From assembly GCF_964019745.1 (NCBI RefSeq), contig NZ_OZ026462.1, positions 1-32,000 of the forward strand: a stretch of 32,000 bases of DNA. The letters are read 5' to 3'. The notes under the pieces were generated by a model. It saw nothing but the letters and a program-made list of their open reading frames with translations. It searched no databases and was not told where the DNA came from. Position 1 is the first letter of the stretch. Each line of letters opens with the position of its first letter. Positions 19,970 through 28,042 of the stretch are shown here, piece after piece. The stretch is from Candidatus Saccharimonadota bacterium. GTDB lineage: Bacteria; Pseudomonadota; Gammaproteobacteria; Burkholderiales; Burkholderiaceae. The translations under genes were made by a program, and so were the position numbers.

Positions 19970-20011
19970 TATATTATTTTAATTTTAAAAAATATTTTTT
20001 ATAAAAAAATA

Positions 20012-20228
20012 TATATTATATATTATATATTATATATTATATATTATATATTATATATTATATATTATATATTATATATTATATATTATATATTATATAT
20101 TATATATTATATATTATATATTATATATTATATATTATATATTATATATTATATATTATATATTATATATTATATATTATATATTATATATTATATATTA
20201 TATATTATATATTATATATTATATATTA
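20012..20228. repeat. Tandem block A: (TATATTA)x31, perfect
   Basis: Counted from TT dinucleotides at 20016+7k, k=0..30. Confidence 0.95.
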
Positions 20229-20229
20229 T

Positions 20230-20471
20230 ATATATATTACATATATATTACATATATATTACATATATATTACATATATATTACATATATATTACATATA
20301 TATTACATATATATTACATATATATTACATATATATTACATATATATTACATATATATTACATATATATTACATATATATTACATATATATTACATATAT
20401 ATTACATATATATTACATATATATTACATATATATTACATATATATTACATATATATTACATATATATTAC
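20230..20471. repeat. Tandem block B: (ATATATATTAC)x22, perfect
   Basis: C at 20240+11k, k=0..21. Confidence 0.95.
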
Positions 20472-20647
20472 ATATATACTACATATATACTACATATATA
20501 CTACATATATACTACATATATACTACATATATACTACATATATACTACATATATACTACATATATACTACATATATACTACATATATACTACATATATAC
20601 TACATATATACTACATATATACTACATATATACTACATATATACTAC
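20472..20647. repeat. Tandem block C: (ATATATACTAC)x16, perfect; one T-to-C change relative to block B
   Basis: C positions at 20479/20482 and every 11 nt up to 20644/20647. Confidence 0.95.
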
Positions 20648-20654
20648 ATATATA

Positions 20655-21424
20655 CTATACATATACTATACATATACTATACATATACTATACATATACT
20701 ATACATATACTATACATATACTATACATATACTATACATATACTATACATATACTATACATATACTATACATATACTATACATATACTATACATATACTA
20801 TACATATACTATACATATACTATACATATACTATACATATACTATACATATACTATACATATACTATACATATACTATACATATACTATACATATACTAT
20901 ACATATACTATACATATACTATACATATACTATACATATACTATACATATACTATACATATACTATACATATACTATACATATACTATACATATACTATA
21001 CATATACTATACATATACTATACATATACTATACATATACTATACATATACTATACATATACTATACATATACTATACATATACTATACATATACTATAC
21101 ATATACTATACATATACTATACATATACTATACATATACTATACATATACTATACATATACTATACATATACTATACATATACTATACATATACTATACA
21201 TATACTATACATATACTATACATATACTATACATATACTATACATATACTATACATATACTATACATATACTATACATATACTATACATATACTATACAT
21301 ATACTATACATATACTATACATATACTATACATATACTATACATATACTATACATATACTATACATATACTATACATATACTATACATATACTATACATA
21401 TACTATACATATACTATACATATA
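20655..21424. repeat. Tandem block D: (CTATACATATA)x70, perfect (770 bp)
   Basis: C spacing alternates 5 and 6 nt from 20655 to 21424. Phase checked at both ends (770 = 70 x 11). Confidence 0.95.
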
Positions 21425-21699
21425 CTATATGTATACTATATGTATACTATATGTATACTATATGTATACTATATGTATACTATATGTATACTATATGTAT
21501 ACTATATGTATACTATATGTATACTATATGTATACTATATGTATACTATATGTATACTATATGTATACTATATGTATACTATATGTATACTATATGTATA
21601 CTATATGTATACTATATGTATACTATATGTATACTATATGTATACTATATGTATACTATATGTATACTATATGTATACTATATGTATACTATATGTATA
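21425..21699. repeat. Tandem block E: (CTATATGTATA)x25, perfect; carries a GTATAC palindrome every 11 bp
   Basis: C at 21425+11k and G at 21431+11k, k=0..24. This block creates the three overlapping phantom ORFs (MYTICILYVYY repeats) in the track. Confidence 0.95.
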
Positions 21700-21838
21700 A
21701 TATATATATAATATATATATAATATATATATAATATATATATAATATATATATAATATATATATAATATATATATAATATATATATAATATATATATAAT
21801 ATATATATAATATATATATAATATATATATAATATATA
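21700..21838. repeat. Tandem block F: (ATATATATATA)x12 plus a 7-nt partial copy; equals block E with both G/C positions changed to A
   Basis: AA junctions every 11 nt from 21699/21700 to 21831/21832. The array ends at C 21839. Confidence 0.9.
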
Positions 21839-21919
21839 CTTTTATAAATATATTATATTAATATAATTTGTTTATTTTTAATTTTTTTTTATATATAATA
21901 TATTAATTAATTTATAAAA

Positions 21920-21992
21920 GGCTTGGTAGCTCAGTTGGTAGAGCAAAGGACTGAAAATCCTTGTGTCAGTGGTTCAATTCCACTCCAAGCCA
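21920..21992 (+). tRNA. tRNA-Phe (anticodon GAA)
   Basis: Hand-folded cloverleaf. Acceptor GGCTTGG/CCAAGCC, D-arm GCTC-AGTTGGTA-GAGC, anticodon arm AAGGA-CTGAAAA-TCCTT (anticodon GAA), variable GTGTC, T-arm AGTGG-TTCAATT-CCACT, discriminator A. Confidence 0.93.
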
Positions 21993-22014
21993 TATAAAAT
22001 ATTTATAAAACTAT

Positions 22015-22809
22015 ATGATTCAATATTTAAATTTAATAAAATTCATTTTAAAAAATGGAATAAAAAAATCTGACAGAACTAATACAGGAACAAAATCAAT
22101 TTTTGGTTATCAAATGAGATTTAATTTAAAAAAAGGTTTTCCAATTTTAACAACTAAAAAAATATATTTTAAAAGTATAATATATGAATTAATATGGTTT
22201 TTAACAGGTTCAAAAAATATAAAATATTTAAAAAAAAATAATATTAATATTTGGAATAATTGGGCTGATGAAAATGATAATATAGGACCATCATATGGAT
22301 ATCAATGGATATATTGGCCTACTAATAATAATAAACATATAAATCAAATAAAAAAAATTATAAATAAAATTAAAAAAAATCCAAATTCAAGACGTTTAAT
22401 AGTATCAGCTTGGAATGTTGCAGATATTAAAAAAACAAAACTTCCACCATGTCATGTACTATTTCAATTTTATGTTTCTAATAATAATTTATCTTGTCAA
22501 TTATATCAAAGAAGTGCTGATGTTTTTATAGGACTTCCTTTTAATATTACATCATATGCTTTACTTATTCATATGATTGCTCAACAAACAAAATTAAAAG
22601 TAGGAGAATTTATTTGGACAGGTGGAGATTGTCATTTATATAAAACACATTTAAAACAAGCTAAAATACAATTAAAAAGAACTCCAACATTATTACCAAA
22701 ATTAAAGATTATTAATAAACCTAAAAGTATATTTAATTATAAATTTGAAAATTTTAAATTAATTAATTATAACCCACAAGAATATATAAAAGCAAAAATA
22801 TCTATTTAA
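22015..22809 (+). CDS. thyA: Thymidylate synthase
   Basis: 264 aa. YLNLIKFILKNG...DRTNTGTKSIFGYQMRFNL..GFPILTTKK and the active-site motif LPPCHVLFQFYV. Same length as E. coli ThyA. Confidence 0.97.
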   Translation: MIQYLNLIKFILKNGIKKSDRTNTGTKSIFGYQMRFNLKKGFPILTTKKIYFKSIIYELIWFLTGSKNIKYLKKNNINIWNNWADENDNIGPSYGYQWIYWPTNNNKHINQIKKIINKIKKNPNSRRLIVSAWNVADIKKTKLPPCHVLFQFYVSNNNLSCQLYQRSADVFIGLPFNITSYALLIHMIAQQTKLKVGEFIWTGGDCHLYKTHLKQAKIQLKRTPTLLPKLKIINKPKSIFNYKFENFKLINYNPQEYIKAKISI

Positions 22810-22868
22810 TAAATATATAAAATTATATATAAAATATAAATTTTAAATAATTTTTTATTTAATAAATT

Positions 22869-23180
22869 TTAAAAATCAAATGGTAATTTAATACCATTTG
22901 TAATGGTATTTATTTTTTCTTTAGATTTTAATTTTGCTTTATTTATTGCATCATTAAAAGCTATTATAATTAAATCTTCTAACATATCCTTATCTTTTTT
23001 AAATAAAGAAGGATCAATAAAAATTTTATTAACTTTATTTCTACATGTTAAATAAATTTTTACTAAACCTGAAAAAGATTTACCTTCTACTTCTATTAAA
23101 GATAATTCTTTTTTAACTTTTTTTAAACTTTCTTGCATAATTTTTGTTTTTTTTATTAAATCTAAAAAATTTTTTTTCAT
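22869..23180 (-). CDS. ybaB: Nucleoid-associated protein, YbaB/EbfC family
   Basis: 103 aa, directly downstream of dnaX (conserved dnaX-ybaB pairing). MQESLKKVKKEL...VEGKSFSGLVKI...IDPSLF..DKDMLEDLIIIAFNDA fits the family pattern. SD-like AGGAA lies upstream. Confidence 0.85.
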   Translation of the reverse strand: MKKNFLDLIKKTKIMQESLKKVKKELSLIEVEGKSFSGLVKIYLTCRNKVNKIFIDPSLFKKDKDMLEDLIIIAFNDAINKAKLKSKEKINTITNGIKLPFDF

Positions 23181-23201
23181 TTTATATTCCTTTTTAAAAA
23201 A

Positions 23202-24362
23202 TTAAATATTTTTTTTAAAAAAATTAAATTCTTTTAAAAAAATATTTTTAATATTATTTAAAGTATATGGATAAAAAATTAACATTCTTAATAATATCAT
23301 ACTAAAACCTATTTGTTCATCAGGTGCTAAAGATAATTCTTCTCTACCATGTATAACAATTTGATAAAAAAAATGAATTTCTTCTTTAGAAAATTTAGAA
23401 GCTAAAAAAAAAATTTCTTTTTTATATTGTAAAAATTCAAAATTTATATAAGATGTAATTTGAACTAAATTAATAGTATATATTAAACTTGAAAAGTTTT
23501 GTAAAACAATATCATAAGATATACAAAATTTATTAATAATTGAAATTATAGAAAATATTTTTTTTTTATTTTTAATTAATAAAGCATATAATAATTCTAT
23601 TAAATAAAAATTATTTAATGAACCTAACATATTTTGTACAATTTTTAATGTAATTTTTTTTTTTGAAAAATAAATAGCTTGATCTACTAAAGATAATGCA
23701 TCTCGCATAGATCCATAAGAATTTTTTGATAAAAATAATAAAGCTGATTCTTCAAATTCTATTTTTTCTTTTTTTAAAATATATTTAATATGTTTAATAA
23801 TATCTTTAATAGATATTTTCTTTAAATGAAATTGTAAACATCTTGAAAGTATTGTAAGAGGAATTTTTTGTGGTTCTGTAGTAGCTAAAATAAATTTAAC
23901 ATGTTTAGGAGGATTTTCTAAAATTTTTAACATAGAATTAAAAGCATATATTGTCAACATATGAACTTCATCTATCATATATATTTTATATTTTGCAAAA
24001 GATGGAATATAAATAGCTTGATTTAATAAAGAAGTCATATTTTCTATTCCTCTATTAGAAGCTGCATCTATTTCTATATAATCAATTAATCTATCTTTAT
24101 TAATAGCAATACAAGTTTTACATAAATTACAAGGAAAAGTAGTAATAATATTATTATTTTTATTTTTTTTACAATTTAAAGCTTTTGCTAAAATACGAGA
24201 AATAGTAGTTTTTCCTACACCACGAGTACCAATAAATAAATAAGCATGATGTAACATTTTAAATTTTAAAGAATTTATTAAAGCAGTAATTATATATTTT
24301 TGACCAACAACTTCTTCAAAAATACTAGGACGATATTTTAATGCTAATACACGATAAATCAT
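23202..24362 (-). CDS. dnaX: DNA polymerase III subunit gamma/tau, short form (clamp-loader core only)
   Basis: 386 aa. LALKYRPSIFEEVVGQ, Walker A GTRGVGKTT, Zn module CNLCKTC, Walker B YMIDEVHML, and sensor SRC (ILSRCLQF). No tau C-terminal domains are encoded. Confidence 0.93.
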   Translation of the reverse strand: MIYRVLALKYRPSIFEEVVGQKYIITALINSLKFKMLHHAYLFIGTRGVGKTTISRILAKALNCKKNKNNNIITTFPCNLCKTCIAINKDRLIDYIEIDAASNRGIENMTSLLNQAIYIPSFAKYKIYMIDEVHMLTIYAFNSMLKILENPPKHVKFILATTEPQKIPLTILSRCLQFHLKKISIKDIIKHIKYILKKEKIEFEESALLFLSKNSYGSMRDALSLVDQAIYFSKKKITLKIVQNMLGSLNNFYLIELLYALLIKNKKKIFSIISIINKFCISYDIVLQNFSSLIYTINLVQITSYINFEFLQYKKEIFFLASKFSKEEIHFFYQIVIHGREELSLAPDEQIGFSMILLRMLIFYPYTLNNIKNIFLKEFNFFKKNI

Positions 24363-24469
24363 ATTTTTATATTATAATAAATATAAAATATATTTTTAAT
24401 AAATAACTACATTATATATAAATATTAATATTTTTTTTAAAAAAAATAAAATTTTTTATAAAAAATAAA

Positions 24470-24853
24470 ATGAATAAAAAAAAAAAAATACGTAATATAA
24501 ATATATCACAAATAATTAAATATTATCTACCAATTACTGGTAAAATTTCTATTTTACATAGAATTACTGGTATTTTAATGGTTATTTTAATACCAATATT
24601 TTTAATATTTTTTCAATTTATTTTAAAAAATAAAAAAAATTTTAATAAATTTATTTTTTTAACACATAATATATATATTAAAATAATATTTTTTTTTATA
24701 AATGAAATTTTTTTATATCATATATTTTCAGGTTTTAGATATATTATTATGGATATAAATTTAGGAATTGAAAAAAAAAGTTCTAAAATTTTTTCTTATA
24801 TAACAATAATTATTAGTATTTTACTAAATTTTTTTTTAATAACTAATTACTGA
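24470..24853 (+). CDS. sdhC: Succinate dehydrogenase cytochrome b556 subunit
   Basis: 127 aa, membrane-like, with the SILHRITG heme-ligand region. First gene of the sdhCDAB order. Ends in TGA (24851-24853). Confidence 0.8.
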   Translation: MNKKKKIRNINISQIIKYYLPITGKISILHRITGILMVILIPIFLIFFQFILKNKKNFNKFIFLTHNIYIKIIFFFINEIFLYHIFSGFRYIIMDINLGIEKKSSKIFSYITIIISILLNFFLITNY

Positions 24854-24863
24854 AAATAATTTT

Positions 24864-25211
24864 ATGATTTTTATTAAAAAAAAAAAAAAAAATAATGATA
24901 TTAAAGATTGGTTTTTACAAAAAACTACAGGTATAATAATAGGAATATATTTATTATTATCTTATATAATTTTTTTTTTAAAAAAAAAAAATTCTTTTAA
25001 ATATATAATAAATATTATAAATAATATTTATTTTAAAATATTAATTATTTTTTTAATAATTAATATTATATATCATGTAATATTAGGAATACATGATATT
25101 TTTAATGATTATTTAAAAAAAAAAAATATTTTATATATTTTTAAAATTATTTTATTTTTTTGGATAATATTTGTTATAAAAAATATTTTATATATTTTTT
25201 TTAAAATTTAA
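24864..25211 (+). CDS. sdhD: Succinate dehydrogenase hydrophobic membrane anchor subunit
   Basis: 115 aa with three hydrophobic segments. DWFLQKTTG near the N-terminus and HVILGIHDIFNDY (His ligand / DY motif). Position between sdhC and sdhA. Confidence 0.75.
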   Translation: MIFIKKKKKNNDIKDWFLQKTTGIIIGIYLLLSYIIFFLKKKNSFKYIINIINNIYFKILIIFLIINIIYHVILGIHDIFNDYLKKKNILYIFKIILFFWIIFVIKNILYIFFKI

Positions 25212-25213
25212 AA

Positions 25214-26983
25214 ATGAATTTTAATAAAATTAAAACTAATTTTTTTGATGTAGTTATTATTGGAGCAGGTGGAGCAGGGATGATGGCATCATTAGAATTA
25301 TCAAAAGCAAATTTAAATGTTGCTGTTTTATCAAAAGTATTTCCTACTAGATCACATACTGTAGCAGCACAAGGAGGTATTAGTGCATCTTTAGGAAATA
25401 TGTCAAAAGATAATTGGTATTGGCATATGTTTGATACGATTAAAGGATCTGATTATTTAGGTGATCAAAATGCAATAGAATTTATGTGTAAAAAAGCTCC
25501 AAAATTAATATATTATTTAGAACATTTAGGAATGCCTTTTGATAGAAATCAAAATGGCACAATTTATCAAAGATCTTTTGGTGGACATACTTCTAATTTT
25601 GGAGAAAAACCTATACAAAGAGCATGTTCAGTAGCAGATAGAACAGGACATGCATTATTACATACATTATTTCAACATAATATTTTAGTAAAAACAAATT
25701 TTTTTATAGAATGGATATGTATAGATATTTTAAAATATGAAGATAAATCAATAGCAGGAGTGATAGCTTTAAATATAAAAACTGGTAAAATTAATATTTT
25801 TAAATCTAAAATAACAGTTTTAGCAACTGGAGGGGCTGGTAGAATATGGGCTGCTTCTACTAATGCTTTTATTAATACTGGAGATGGTTTAGGAATGGCT
25901 GCAAGAGCTGGTATACCTTTACAAGATATGGAATTTTGGCAATTTCATCCTACAGGAATTTTCGGTTCAGGGGTTTTAATAACAGAAGCAGCAAGAGGTG
26001 AAGGAGGTATTTTAATAAATAAAAATGGTGAAAAATTTATGAAAAAATATGCACCTAAAATGAAAGATTTAGCACCAAGAGATTTTGTTTCTAGATCAAT
26101 AGATCAAGAAATAAAAGAAGGAAGAGGAGTAGGAAAAAATAAAGATCATATTTTTTTAGATTTAAGACATTTAGGAGAAAATAAAATAAAAAAAAAACTT
26201 CCTACAATTTTAGAAATAGCTAATAAATTTGCAAATATAAATGCTATTAAAGAACCAATACCTATTATACCTACAATTCATTATCAAATGGGAGGTATTC
26301 CTACTAATATTAATGGAGAAGTAATTAATAATTATAATAGTATTAAAGAAAATATAATTCCAGGAATATATGCAATAGGAGAATGCGCTTGTGTATCTGT
26401 GCATGGAGCAAATCGTTTAGGTACAAATTCATTATTAGATTTAGTAGTTTTTGGACGTAAAACTGCAAATCATATAATAAAAAATATTAAAAATTATAAT
26501 TATAAAATTATACCTAAAAAAAAAATAATAAAAATTATTAATAAATTAAAAAAAATAGAAACAAATAAAAATGGAGAAAATGTTTTCTTTTTATCTAATA
26601 AAATAAGAAAAATAATGCAAAATTATTGTGGAGTTTTTAGAAATAAAAAAATTTTAAAAAAAGGAATAAAAAAAATTTTAAAATTAGAAAAAAAATGTCA
26701 AAATATTTTTTTAAAAGATAAATCAAAACTTTTTAATACTACTCGTGTAGAAATTTTAGAAATATATAATTTATTAGAAGTAGCAAAAGCCACTATAATT
26801 TCAGCAGAAGCTAGAGAAGAATCTAGAGGTGCTCATGCTCGTCAAGATTTTGAAAATAGAGATGATAAAAATTGGTTAAAGCATAGTTTATGGTTTTCAA
26901 AAAATAATAAAATTAAATATAAACCAGTAAATATTAATACTAAATTTATTAAACCATTTAAACCTAAACAAAGAATTTTTTAA
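25214..26983 (+). CDS. sdhA: Succinate dehydrogenase flavoprotein subunit
   Basis: 589 aa. FDVVIIGAGGAGMMA, the covalent-FAD His region RSHTVAAQGG, HPTG, and the HGANRLG and RGAHAR motifs. Confidence 0.98.
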   Translation: MNFNKIKTNFFDVVIIGAGGAGMMASLELSKANLNVAVLSKVFPTRSHTVAAQGGISASLGNMSKDNWYWHMFDTIKGSDYLGDQNAIEFMCKKAPKLIYYLEHLGMPFDRNQNGTIYQRSFGGHTSNFGEKPIQRACSVADRTGHALLHTLFQHNILVKTNFFIEWICIDILKYEDKSIAGVIALNIKTGKINIFKSKITVLATGGAGRIWAASTNAFINTGDGLGMAARAGIPLQDMEFWQFHPTGIFGSGVLITEAARGEGGILINKNGEKFMKKYAPKMKDLAPRDFVSRSIDQEIKEGRGVGKNKDHIFLDLRHLGENKIKKKLPTILEIANKFANINAIKEPIPIIPTIHYQMGGIPTNINGEVINNYNSIKENIIPGIYAIGECACVSVHGANRLGTNSLLDLVVFGRKTANHIIKNIKNYNYKIIPKKKIIKIINKLKKIETNKNGENVFFLSNKIRKIMQNYCGVFRNKKILKKGIKKILKLEKKCQNIFLKDKSKLFNTTRVEILEIYNLLEVAKATIISAEAREESRGAHARQDFENRDDKNWLKHSLWFSKNNKIKYKPVNINTKFIKPFKPKQRIF

Positions 26984-26986
26984 AAT

Positions 26987-27712
26987 ATGAAAAAAAAAAT
27001 TTTTAAAATATATAGATATAATCCGGAAAAAAATAAATATCCATATATGGAAACTTTTTCTATAAATTTTAAAAAAACTGATAAAATGTTGTTAGATGTT
27101 ATGATAAGAATTAAATCAGAAATAGATAATTCTATAACATTTAGAAAATCTTGTAGAGAAGGAATATGTGGTTCAGATGCTATAAATATAAATGGTAAAA
27201 ATGGATTAGCTTGTATAACAAATTTAAAAAAATTAAAAAATCCTATAATTTTAAAACCATTACCTGGTTTACCAGTAATAAAAGATTTAGTTGTAGATAT
27301 GAAAATTTTTTTTAAACAATATTATTTAATAAAACCATATTTAATTAATAAAAATATTCTTCCTAAAAAAGAAAGATTACAATCTCAAGAAGAACGAGAA
27401 TTAATAAATGGACTTTATGAATGTATTTTATGTGCTTGTTGTACTTCTTCTTGTCCATCATTTTGGTGGCATCCTAAAAAATTTATAGGTCCTGCTGGAT
27501 TATTACAAGCTTATAGATTTATAATAGATAGTAGAGATACTAATTTTGAAGAAAGATTAAATTTTTTAAATGATAAATATAAATTATTAAAATGTAAAAC
27601 AATAATGAATTGTTTAAATGTATGTCCTAAAAATTTAAATCCTACAAAAGCTATATTAAAAATTAAAAAATTAATTTTTATTAATAAAATAAAAACATTT
27701 TTTAAAAAATGA
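26987..27712 (+). CDS. sdhB: Succinate dehydrogenase iron-sulfur subunit
   Basis: 241 aa. 2Fe-2S CREGICGSDA...GLAC, 4Fe-4S CILCACCTSSCP, and 3Fe-4S C...MNCLNVCP. The TGA stop overlaps the next ATG (ATGA). Confidence 0.97.
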   Translation: MKKKIFKIYRYNPEKNKYPYMETFSINFKKTDKMLLDVMIRIKSEIDNSITFRKSCREGICGSDAININGKNGLACITNLKKLKNPIILKPLPGLPVIKDLVVDMKIFFKQYYLIKPYLINKNILPKKERLQSQEERELINGLYECILCACCTSSCPSFWWHPKKFIGPAGLLQAYRFIIDSRDTNFEERLNFLNDKYKLLKCKTIMNCLNVCPKNLNPTKAILKIKKLIFINKIKTFFKK

Positions 27713-27966
27713 AGTTAACTAAAAAAATATTAAAATTAAATATTAAAAGAGGAATATTAGAAAATGATCTTATTTTAAATAAATATTTAGATAAATATGA
27801 AAAAAAAATGTCTATTAAAGATAAATATGCTTTTTTAATATTAACAAATTTTTCTGATTTTAAATTATTAAATTTAATTTTTAAAAAAAAAATTAAAAAA
27901 ACATTTCATCCTAATATAAAAAAAATTTTAAAAAAAATAAAAAATTTAAAATTAAATTTTTTTTAA
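27709..27966 (+). CDS. sdhE: FAD assembly factor SdhE (DUF339 / YgfY family)
   Basis: 85 aa. Has the family's R-G-x-x-E-x-D motif (KRGILENDL). MSIKDKYAFLILTNFSDFKLLNLIF aligns with E. coli SdhE [25 protein letters not shown]. Sits after sdhB, as in many betaproteobacteria. Confidence 0.65.
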   Translation: MKLTKKILKLNIKRGILENDLILNKYLDKYEKKMSIKDKYAFLILTNFSDFKLLNLIFKKKIKKTFHPNIKKILKKIKNLKLNFF

Positions 27967-28042
27967 TTTTTATATATTTATATATAATATATATTATTTA
28001 TAATAAATAAATTATAATTATAAAATTATTAATAATAATATA

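Noticed and set aside
21429-21722. Three overlapping + strand ORFs (97, 86 and 86 aa) encoding MYTICILYVYY repeats
   Set aside because: They are a by-product of tandem block E. The 11-nt unit contains an ATG and no stop in any + frame, so all three frames read the same 33-nt super-period. They have no upstream context and no homology pattern, and they end where the repeat unit mutates. They are not credible genes.
15741-21838. CRISPR interpretation of the repeat arrays
   Set aside because: The units are directly abutting, with no unique spacers. Unit sizes of 7-11 nt are far below CRISPR repeat length, and no cas genes are present.
20012-21838. LexA/SOS-box, IHF-site or DnaA-box interpretation of the 11-mer units
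   Set aside because: The units superficially resemble TA-rich operator cores. They lack the defining CTGT...ACAG, WATCAA...TTR or TTATCCACA elements, so no specific binding-site assignment can be supported from the sequence.
26210-26404. 64-aa minus-strand ORF inside sdhA
   Set aside because: It is antisense to the strongly conserved sdhA and has no motif content.
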